From contig JAFWDK010000001.1 in assembly GCA_017513085.1 (NCBI GenBank), positions 1-64,000 of the forward strand: a stretch of DNA of 64,000 nucleotides, written 5' to 3'. The notes beneath the pieces are model-generated. The model searched no databases. It saw only the letters and a list, made by a program, of their open reading frames with translations, and was not told the DNA's origin. The stretch is from Clostridiales bacterium (GTDB lineage Bacteria; Bacillota; Clostridia; Saccharofermentanales; Saccharofermentanaceae). This document shows, piece after piece, positions 38,606 to 46,944 of this stretch (the first letter of the stretch is position 1; every line of letters begins with the position of its first letter). Made by a program: the position numbers and the translations under genes.

Positions 38606-39384
38606 ATTCCGAGGAAATCAAAGAATTGCTGAAACAACAGGAGTACAGCATTTTTGGCACGGGATACGTATCCCGTATGCTTTTGCGCGCTTTAAAAAAA
38701 CAGAAACTGTCAGATAATCTGCAGACTTTCTGCCGCAGCGAAGTCACTCCCGGTGAAACGTTTCAGGGCTACCCGGTGATCTCGGCGGAAAAAGCGCTGC
38801 AAAGCGGAAACCCGATCCTGCTCGGTATCCACGACGGAGGAAAGGGCTCTGTTGCCGGCGCTGACAAAATGATCCGCGCTTATCCTTATCTGAAAGACTG
38901 GCTGTTTGGCGATCCGCTGCAGAGACAGGTCATTTTGAAAACAGATGAAATACGGCAAAGACAGCCGCAGGACCAATATTGGATCGCGGCTCGTTATGCC
39001 GGAATTGAAGGGATCGCTGAAAACGATCCGGAAAAGAAAGAGATCTATCTGCGCGCAATGTCGATGCACTGTTCCCGGGAAACGGCGGAACAACGTTTAA
39101 GATCACTGGATGCATTGATGAAAGAGGCGGAGAAAAACGGTCTAGATCCCGAGAGACCTGTTGTTCTTGATACGGACTTCCGGGTCATTGACGGTCTGCA
39201 TCGCCTGGCTGTTGCTGCCTGGCTGAATATTGATGAGATCCATGCGGATATCTATCCGTCAGACGACGTCTATTTGGATCTTTTCGGAGAAAAGAACCGG
39301 CTCAGTGAAGCGGCCTTGCGAAGAAACGGATTTAAAGAAACGGAGATCGAGTATCTCAGGGAGTGCAGGAGGAAATGCGGATGA
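38602..39384 (+). CDS. Protein with Rossmann-like N-module and ParB/Sulfiredoxin-fold domain
   Basis: SIFGTG N-terminus; PVVLD...VIDGLHRL motif. Confidence 0.7.
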   Translation: MNSEEIKELLKQQEYSIFGTGYVSRMLLRALKKQKLSDNLQTFCRSEVTPGETFQGYPVISAEKALQSGNPILLGIHDGGKGSVAGADKMIRAYPYLKDWLFGDPLQRQVILKTDEIRQRQPQDQYWIAARYAGIEGIAENDPEKKEIYLRAMSMHCSRETAEQRLRSLDALMKEAEKNGLDPERPVVLDTDFRVIDGLHRLAVAAWLNIDEIHADIYPSDDVYLDLFGEKNRLSEAALRRNGFKETEIEYLRECRRKCG

Positions 39385-40958
39385 TAAAAGAATTGGTTAC
39401 GTTGATCCTGCCGGTCTATAATGTCGCGGATTATATCGATCAGTGCATGGAGACGGTGACTGCCCAGACCTATCCCGATCTTGAGATCCTTTTGATCAAC
39501 GACGGTTCAACAGATGACTCTTTGAGAGTATTGCGGAAATGGGAAGATGCGGATAAGCGTGTCCGTGTTATTGATAAAAAGAACGAAGGCGTTGCAGCAA
39601 CGCGCAATCTGGGTGTTCACGAGGCGAAAGGCACCGTCATTGGGTTTGTCGATCCGGATGACTGGCTGGATCTTTCGTATGTTGAAAAACTGCTTTCAAA
39701 AATGCAGGAAGAGGACGCGGAATATGTTGAATGCGATCTCTGGCGCGTTGACGGAAGGACCGGCAAGATGATCTACCGTTCCTGCGGAAGTCGGATGGGC
39801 GTTCCCTATACGCACGAGGAACATATGAAATACGGTCCGACCGCAACATATAAAGCCCTGAGCCGTAAGGCTCTTTGGGATCGCTATGATCTGCATATGC
39901 CGTCCTGTTCCTTCGAGTCTCCGGCGATCTATTCGCTGATCCTGACACTAAGCAAAAAGAACTCCTATGTACCGGAGGCATTGTATTATTACCGCCGATT
40001 CCGCCCGGCTTCTTTGGTTGAGACAGGGTATTCCGCAGATCCTTTGCTTGGTGTGGAAGCGATGAATTTTCTGGTAAGCGAATTCAAACGCTGCGGGATC
40101 TACGACCAGTATAAAAGTGTACTTTCTTCCGTTGTTACTTACAGACTGAATGATATTCTTGCGATGCAATATCATCGTAAACCGTCTAATGACTTTCAAA
40201 AACTCGTAAAAGCTTACGAGGACCTGCGATCCCGGCTTTTTCCACAAAACCATCAGGAACGTTACGTGGTATTCGGGGGATATAATCTAAACCGCATCCT
40301 CCTCCATATGGACATGCTGCAGAATCCTGTCCTGCGTTTCAATTTCTGCAGTCTGATATCTCTGTCAAAGAAACGTGAGAGGACTTACCCGATTCATCAC
40401 AAAAACCGTTATCGCGAGATCATGCTTGAGAAGGAAGAAAAACAGTCCTATTTCAGGACAATTGAGGAAATACGGCCGGCTTATCTTTTTATGGATCTTT
40501 TGGAAGAACGATTTGACATACTGGAAAGCGACTCATACCGAACTTTGAGTGATGCCAGAGAAGGAGCGGATGAACAGATCGAAGGAAGAAGAATCCCGCG
40601 AAACAGCAAAGAATGTACAGAACTGTGGAAAAGAAGTTTTGATCATTTTTTCGGTTCAAATATTGAGATCCTGCCTCAACTGAAGGTTATTGTTTTGGAA
40701 AACTATTTGAGCGAAAAAGTCGGGGATCCGCACGGGCAGAAAGACTTTCCTGAAATCGGAAAGATAAGGGAAACAAATGCCGTTTTGAAGGATTACTACG
40801 CATTTATCAAAGAGAATTACCCACAGATCCAAGTTGTTCATACATCTGACCTGTCGCTGTACTATACTGATACGCACTTTGAATACGGAGCTGTGCCTTC
40901 TCATCTAAACGAGATCGTGAATCAGCAGATCGCAGAAAGAGCGGGAGAGTATCTATGA
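39381..40958 (+). CDS. GT2 glycosyltransferase with C-terminal DUF6270-like domain
   Basis: ILPVYN, INDGSTD, TRNLG, FVDPDD; C-terminal FMDLLEERF and YG..PSH. Confidence 0.85.
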   Translation: MIKELVTLILPVYNVADYIDQCMETVTAQTYPDLEILLINDGSTDDSLRVLRKWEDADKRVRVIDKKNEGVAATRNLGVHEAKGTVIGFVDPDDWLDLSYVEKLLSKMQEEDAEYVECDLWRVDGRTGKMIYRSCGSRMGVPYTHEEHMKYGPTATYKALSRKALWDRYDLHMPSCSFESPAIYSLILTLSKKNSYVPEALYYYRRFRPASLVETGYSADPLLGVEAMNFLVSEFKRCGIYDQYKSVLSSVVTYRLNDILAMQYHRKPSNDFQKLVKAYEDLRSRLFPQNHQERYVVFGGYNLNRILLHMDMLQNPVLRFNFCSLISLSKKRERTYPIHHKNRYREIMLEKEEKQSYFRTIEEIRPAYLFMDLLEERFDILESDSYRTLSDAREGADEQIEGRRIPRNSKECTELWKRSFDHFFGSNIEILPQLKVIVLENYLSEKVGDPHGQKDFPEIGKIRETNAVLKDYYAFIKENYPQIQVVHTSDLSLYYTDTHFEYGAVPSHLNEIVNQQIAERAGEYL

Positions 40959-41860
40959 TCAAACAAAAAACATACAGAGTATTCATCTGGGGCGTATCCG
41001 CAATCTATAATCGGCATTTGCTGAATCTTAAGTACAGAGAAGATCACGGTGAAATCGAAGTCTTAGGAGTCTATGACCGCGATATCTGCTGCGGAAGCAA
41101 ATTGGATGGCTATCGGCTAGTCAGAAAAGAACAGATCGTGGAGACTCCGCACGATTTTGTAATCGTGATGGCAAAGTGGACAGAAAAAGTGATCACCGAA
41201 GAGTATCTCGAACTTGGCGGTAAGCGGGAAAAGATCCTTCCTTACCGGATCCTGGATGTTCCGGGACTGACATTAGAACAGTATGAAACGATAAGGAACG
41301 CGCATTTTTCCATTATTTCAAGTGACTGTTTTGGCGGTATGCTGTCCCACACATTGAATCTGCCGTTTTTGTCTCCTTTTGTGAATCTGTGGATCGAATC
41401 GGGCGATTATCTCAAAATCGCCGGCGACTTGAAACACTATATGAGTATTGCTCCCCGATTTGTCCGCTTCCAGGAAGCGATGGGACCGTTTGACGAAAAA
41501 CAATATCCGGTTCTGAAGGTGGGTGATGTCACTCTCTACTGCAATCATGACCGCGATCCGGAGGAGGCGATCGCAAAATGGGAAAGACGGAAACAGCGCA
41601 TTAATTACGGAGCGCTGCTGCTGACCTCTCTGGTGAACGACAGAGATGCTGAAAAGAAATTGAAGCTATACAAAGGTTATACGCGTAAAATGATCTTTAC
41701 CGGTTATCCTGATCCGGAACCGGATTCCATATACTTACCTTCCGAAGGAAGGCAGCCTCTTGATCAGCTGCACCGTTCAGTAACCGAACCGGGAAGCATG
41801 TTCGATCTCTATTCGCTCTTTTTTGGAAAAGTGAAATACCGCCGCAGTATGGAGGGCTAG
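40955..41860 (+). CDS. DUF1919-domain polysaccharide biosynthesis protein
   Basis: SIISSDCFGG, SPFVNLWI, YPV, AIAKWERRKQRIN. Confidence 0.8.
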   Translation: MIKQKTYRVFIWGVSAIYNRHLLNLKYREDHGEIEVLGVYDRDICCGSKLDGYRLVRKEQIVETPHDFVIVMAKWTEKVITEEYLELGGKREKILPYRILDVPGLTLEQYETIRNAHFSIISSDCFGGMLSHTLNLPFLSPFVNLWIESGDYLKIAGDLKHYMSIAPRFVRFQEAMGPFDEKQYPVLKVGDVTLYCNHDRDPEEAIAKWERRKQRINYGALLLTSLVNDRDAEKKLKLYKGYTRKMIFTGYPDPEPDSIYLPSEGRQPLDQLHRSVTEPGSMFDLYSLFFGKVKYRRSMEG

Positions 41861-41865
41861 AAGAA

Positions 41866-43212
41866 ATGTTAACCACACGAACGATTGCAATATGGGGAAT
41901 GGGCGTATTCGGTCAGAAAATGCTAATAGCGCTTAAGGAATACTATTCCGATGTTTATTCTGTTGCTGCTTTGTTTGACAGATCTCCTAAAAAAAGCGGA
42001 ACAGAATACGAAGGTCTGTTGATCAAGGAACCTTCAGAAATAAAGAAAGAATATGCTGCGGGTTTGTTTGAAGCAGTAATGGTCTGCATAAAATTCGGAG
42101 ACGCAAGAACCGAAGCCGTCCGGAGTTTGCAGGAATGGGGCATTCCGTTGTTTTATCCCGGGACTGAAGACAGTTTTACGGATCATACGCAGTTTGAACA
42201 GACAGAAAGTCCGTCTTATCAGATAGATCAAAAAGGGTACGATGTATGGGAATTCACGAATATATTCGGAATCAAAGCACTGCATTTTGATTCGGAATCT
42301 ATGTTTCTGTTCAACGGAGAAGGAAAAGTGTTGCTGGAACAATGGGATGCGTATCCGGAAGATGAGCAATACGCATTACGCTTATATTTCCCGATCCGGT
42401 TCGATCAGCCGCCGGCTGAAAAAGTCATGTTAAGAGGTGAATGGTGTATTCTGACAAAACTGTTCGCAGGAAACTACTGGCACTTCGTGAATGAAGGAAT
42501 GGATTGTGTAGCATTGCTTGAAGGAGCCGGTTACACAGGAAAATATCTGGTTCCGGATTGCGACTTCAATAAAGAGCTTCTTGTAATAATGGGGATCGAT
42601 GAGAACCGTATCTGCTCAGCTGCTGGCCTGGACAACGAAACTGTTTATCAATTCGAGAAACTTGTTTTTTGCCACCAAAGGAAAAGAAACTATCGGGAAA
42701 GCGCAGATGTTCTGTCCCGCGTTGGAGACAGACTGAAAAAACACCTGAAAACTGATTCGAGCCTGCCAAAAAGGATCCACATTAAACGGATCGGTTCGCG
42801 AAAACTTCTGAACGGCGAAGAGATCAGCAGTCAATATGGATTTGTGACGATCATCCCCGAAGAATACAGTGTAAAGGAACAAATGGAGTTCTTCTACAAT
42901 GCAGATATCGTTTTAAGCGAACATGGCGCGAATTCAACCAATTACGTCTGCATGAGACCGGGTTCGGTATTTGTAGAAACGTTCAACAATTCCTGGAAGT
43001 ATCCGTTTAATCTTTACGGAACTTATGCATGCGGAATTCATTATCTGCCCGTAAGTGATCTGAAACCGGCAGATAATGATCCGCAGGGGAAAACAAAAGA
43101 TTACAAAATCGACGAGACAATGTTGCGGACATCGATTGAAAACGCAATCTTGATTAGCAAAGGAGACAAGCTTCTATATGACAAAAGTATCCGTAATCAT
43201 TCCGGTATATAA
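41866..43212 (+). CDS. Glycosyltransferase family 61 (DUF563)
   Basis: NYWHF, RKLLN, EQMEFFYNADIVLSEHGANSTN...VE. Confidence 0.82.
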   Translation: MLTTRTIAIWGMGVFGQKMLIALKEYYSDVYSVAALFDRSPKKSGTEYEGLLIKEPSEIKKEYAAGLFEAVMVCIKFGDARTEAVRSLQEWGIPLFYPGTEDSFTDHTQFEQTESPSYQIDQKGYDVWEFTNIFGIKALHFDSESMFLFNGEGKVLLEQWDAYPEDEQYALRLYFPIRFDQPPAEKVMLRGEWCILTKLFAGNYWHFVNEGMDCVALLEGAGYTGKYLVPDCDFNKELLVIMGIDENRICSAAGLDNETVYQFEKLVFCHQRKRNYRESADVLSRVGDRLKKHLKTDSSLPKRIHIKRIGSRKLLNGEEISSQYGFVTIIPEEYSVKEQMEFFYNADIVLSEHGANSTNYVCMRPGSVFVETFNNSWKYPFNLYGTYACGIHYLPVSDLKPADNDPQGKTKDYKIDETMLRTSIENAILISKGDKLLYDKSIRNHSGI

Positions 43213-44419
43213 CACAGAAAAATACCTTCCGGCCTGCCTGGAAAGTGTGCTGTCACAGACTCTTCCGGACCTTGAAGTCATCTGCATTGATGATGCTTCA
43301 CCGGATCGCTGCGGGCAGATCCTCGATGAATACGCCGGGAAAGACCAAAGGGTAAGAGTCTTTCATCTTGAAGAAAACCACAGGCAGGGATACGGGCGCA
43401 ATCTCGGCATTCAAAACGCAACCGGTGATTATCTTTATTTTCTTGATTCAGATGATATGATCGAGGCCGATGCTTTGAAAGAACTCAGTGAGATTTCGGA
43501 TCAAAAAAACCTGGATGCCGTGTTTTTTGATGCGCAGAATCACTTCGAATCCGAAGATCTCCGAAGTGTATATACACCTGCTTTTGAGGATCGGAAAGGA
43601 ACATATCCGGATCATCCGGTCGAGGGGAAAGAACTCTTTGATCTGTTTATGGAACAAAAGGAATGGACCTGTTATCCACAGCGTATTTTTTGGAGACGCA
43701 GCTTCATCCTTGAGGAGGGCACACTCAATCCTGTAGGATCCGAACACGAAGATGAGTATTTCGCATTCGCCGGAATCCTAACGGCAAAACGGGCTATGTA
43801 TATTCCGAAGCAGTATTTCATTCTGCGGATCCGCCCAAACTCCGTAATGACCAGCAGGATCCTTCCGAAGAATTTTCATGGTTATTTAATGAATTATTAC
43901 TGGATGAGCCGTTTTGTTGCGGAAAGAGATCTGCACACAAAGGCCGGAGATCTGAATATCATCCGCATGTATGAACGCTGCTGTACTTTCTATGACAGAC
44001 TATCCGGTGAATTTGACCTTCGCGAAATCTGCAGCCACAGGGAATTGGATAAGATCCTGTTTGAATGTTTCGAAATACATCTCAAAGCAAAAAAACAAAT
44101 GAGTATGATCGATCCCGGCGTAATGGAAAGAATCCGTTCCTGTGCGCATCTGTATATTTACGGAGCCGGCATTGTTGCGGACAAATTTGCCAAAGAGATC
44201 CTGATGCAGAAGGATATTCCTTTAGATGGTTTCCTCGTCACCGAAACAAAAGGAAATGCTCAGATCTTATACGGGAGAAGAATACAGGCTTTTGAAAGCA
44301 CAAAACTGCCGGAAGATTCCCTGGTCGTGGTTGCCGTCGGGAAAACTCTGCGAAGCGAAGTGTGTGCTATTCTGGAAAAGAGCGGCGTTAACTGGATCTA
44401 TTACCGTGACCAGGAGTAA
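43178..44419 (+). CDS. GT2 glycosyltransferase with C-terminal Rossmann-like module
   Basis: SVIIPVYN, IDDASPD, FLDSDD, HED; C-terminal YIYGAG. Confidence 0.9.
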   Translation: MTKVSVIIPVYNTEKYLPACLESVLSQTLPDLEVICIDDASPDRCGQILDEYAGKDQRVRVFHLEENHRQGYGRNLGIQNATGDYLYFLDSDDMIEADALKELSEISDQKNLDAVFFDAQNHFESEDLRSVYTPAFEDRKGTYPDHPVEGKELFDLFMEQKEWTCYPQRIFWRRSFILEEGTLNPVGSEHEDEYFAFAGILTAKRAMYIPKQYFILRIRPNSVMTSRILPKNFHGYLMNYYWMSRFVAERDLHTKAGDLNIIRMYERCCTFYDRLSGEFDLREICSHRELDKILFECFEIHLKAKKQMSMIDPGVMERIRSCAHLYIYGAGIVADKFAKEILMQKDIPLDGFLVTETKGNAQILYGRRIQAFESTKLPEDSLVVVAVGKTLRSEVCAILEKSGVNWIYYRDQE

Positions 44420-44439
44420 AACACAGGTTTTTTGATTCT

Positions 44440-46944
44440 ATGACAGAACTGGAATATGTCCTGAAAAACTTTGATAAGCACTTTTCTCCTTTTTGCGGAA
44501 AGAAGATCCTTTTGCATGGATCAAGGGAATATGCAGAGAACATTTTGTCTGCATATGATGAAAAATACCATTTCCTCGGTATTATGACTTCAGATCCGGT
44601 ACACGAAGACCTTTTCTGCGGGAAAAGGATTTTCCACGAGTCTGATCTGGCGGAACTGCAGCCAGAGATCGTCATTTTTACAGAAAGAGTAAAATATGAA
44701 GATCTTGCGTATCAGCAGATCATTCTATGTCCGGAGTGCAGAGATACGCTTTTGTACAATATGTACGGTGTGGATGAAAGAAGAGTCCGGGAAGAGTATG
44801 AGTGTATCACCGAACTGTCAAGGTTGGTCCGCGCAAAGCTTTTGAAGGAGAATGACGTCATTGGTTTCGAAGTAATGGATGTCTTCTTTTCTCAGGTGGA
44901 CGGAGAAATCGACAAGCCGCAGCGCAGAGCAATGCGAGTCTATGAAGAAGCCAGAAAAAAAGGAAAAAAGGTGTTTTTCAGTCTGCGTCGTTCATTTGAT
45001 CAGAAAAAGCAGATCAAAGCGCTGGAGGACTGTGGGATCCGCGAGATCCCCGGACAAATCGAAGTCATCAGCCGGGAGGGTGAAGACCTGTCTTTCCGCA
45101 GGATCTGCGATATGTTTCCCGGCAAAAAGACCGTGTATTTTGGTCAGGGCTTCGTAAATGAGTATCTATTGCCGAAGTGCTACGGGATCACCCCTGTTCG
45201 GGTGTATACCTATGCGATCCCGTTCGATGTTCCGAATTCTCTGGATACGATATTGCGGAACGCGTACAAGGAGACGAGCCGCCAAAAAGATACAACCCGG
45301 ATCCTTTATCAGGAAATCGATCTGTACGATGTAATATCCTTTGATGTTTTTGACACTCTTCTTCAAAGAACAGCCCTGCTTCCGGAAGACGTTTTCAGAC
45401 TGCTGGCCAAACGTTTCTGGACGGATCCAAGGGAACAGAACAGGTTTGTTGAATGCCGGATAGACGCACAATACAGCGGGATATATCCGACTCTGGAGGA
45501 GATCTATAACAGCGTTGCCGCATCTTTGGAACTCAGTGAAAGCGAAAAAGAGCTTCTTCTGGAGCAGGAGCTCGACATCGAAAGAAGCGTGATCTGTTGC
45601 CGCAGACATATGACAGATATAGTTGATTACGCGATCAAAGCAGGAAAAACGGTCGTCGCAACTTCCGACATGTATCTCGGCAGCACGATCCTGAATGATC
45701 TGCTGAAAGAAAACGGATATCCCGATTTTGAGAGGATCTTTGTCTCTTGCGAGTATCGGAAGGCAAAAACGGACGGGCTGTTTGATGAACTCGGAAATGC
45801 GTATGCCGGAAAAACGATACTTCATATCGGCGATAACCCAAAGGCAGACGGCATCGCGGCAGAAAAAACAGGCTTTGGATATCGTCCGATCCGATCGGCG
45901 CTGCAAAAGGCATGTGACTGCGGATATGAAGATGTGATCCGTGAAGAACATGATCTGGCTGAACGCTGTATGATCGGCCTTTGCGTGGCGAATGCTTTCA
46001 GCGACCCGTTTGAACCGGATATGATCGAAGATCTGAATGATGGGGAAAGACTGACACGGTTTGCGTCCATGAGCGTCTTTCCGATCCTGATCGGATATAT
46101 TTGTTACTTGAACAAGATGTCCGCCGGTTATGACAGAGTACTGTTTTCGTCGAGAGACGGACTTATCCTGTCTGAACTCTACAATTACATCCGATCAGCC
46201 AAACATCCCACGCTGCCGGAAAGTCTGTACTTTTACTCCAGCCGCCATGCAGCATTCCAGACATGCATGGATAATCCGCAAACGATCGGCAACACATATC
46301 TCGGTAAGGAGCAGACGCTCCCGAGCTTTGTCAGAAACGTTTACGGAGTTGAGCCTCTGCCGTGTGAGCAGAACATCGGGAAAGAAGAGTATGTAAGACT
46401 TCATTGGGATAAGATCTGTGAAAAGGCGGAAACCGCCCGGGCTAATTACCGAAAATACCTCCGGAACCATGGCCTTTCCGGTGACAAACGGTATCTGTTT
46501 ACAGATTTTGTTGCGATCGGAACGACCCAGCATTATCTGCAGAAGTTTTCCGGAATAAAACTTCATGGATGTTATATCGCCTGTCCGCTTTACGGAGAAC
46601 CGTATGAAGCTGTTGATTATTATATCGATTTTGGTGATGACTTCTTTATTACGAACTTCATGGAGATGGAATATATCATGACTTCCATGGAGGCTTCGCT
46701 TGATTGTTTCGATGAAAAGGGGCAGCCTGTTTTTGCGAAAGAAGTCCGCACAGAAGAAGATCTGCAGCGGATCAGGACCGTACACGAAAATATCCTGAAA
46801 CTGGGAAAAGTGTTTTGCGATGTTATCTATGAAAAAGACACAGAGATCGATGCTGAATTGACAGTAAAAATGTATGCAGCTGAAGGATATCATGGAATAG
46901 TGAAAGAAAGGGGATACGATGACTGGGTCAAACAAGTCTTATAG
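44440..46944 (+). CDS. HAD-phosphatase + PRT-like protein, probable dual-activity ribofuranosyltransferase
   Basis: SFDVFDTL, TSDMY, K, HIGDN..AD HAD motifs, followed by FSSRDG, SSR and FTDFVAIGTTQ (PRPP-loop-like). Confidence 0.7.
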   Translation: MTELEYVLKNFDKHFSPFCGKKILLHGSREYAENILSAYDEKYHFLGIMTSDPVHEDLFCGKRIFHESDLAELQPEIVIFTERVKYEDLAYQQIILCPECRDTLLYNMYGVDERRVREEYECITELSRLVRAKLLKENDVIGFEVMDVFFSQVDGEIDKPQRRAMRVYEEARKKGKKVFFSLRRSFDQKKQIKALEDCGIREIPGQIEVISREGEDLSFRRICDMFPGKKTVYFGQGFVNEYLLPKCYGITPVRVYTYAIPFDVPNSLDTILRNAYKETSRQKDTTRILYQEIDLYDVISFDVFDTLLQRTALLPEDVFRLLAKRFWTDPREQNRFVECRIDAQYSGIYPTLEEIYNSVAASLELSESEKELLLEQELDIERSVICCRRHMTDIVDYAIKAGKTVVATSDMYLGSTILNDLLKENGYPDFERIFVSCEYRKAKTDGLFDELGNAYAGKTILHIGDNPKADGIAAEKTGFGYRPIRSALQKACDCGYEDVIREEHDLAERCMIGLCVANAFSDPFEPDMIEDLNDGERLTRFASMSVFPILIGYICYLNKMSAGYDRVLFSSRDGLILSELYNYIRSAKHPTLPESLYFYSSRHAAFQTCMDNPQTIGNTYLGKEQTLPSFVRNVYGVEPLPCEQNIGKEEYVRLHWDKICEKAETARANYRKYLRNHGLSGDKRYLFTDFVAIGTTQHYLQKFSGIKLHGCYIACPLYGEPYEAVDYYIDFGDDFFITNFMEMEYIMTSMEASLDCFDEKGQPVFAKEVRTEEDLQRIRTVHENILKLGKVFCDVIYEKDTEIDAELTVKMYAAEGYHGIVKERGYDDWVKQVL

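Noticed and set aside
38602-39384. Chromosome or plasmid partitioning ParB, or a DNA-modification defence system
   Set aside because: No HTH, no ParA or dnd-type neighbours; translationally coupled within a glycan operon
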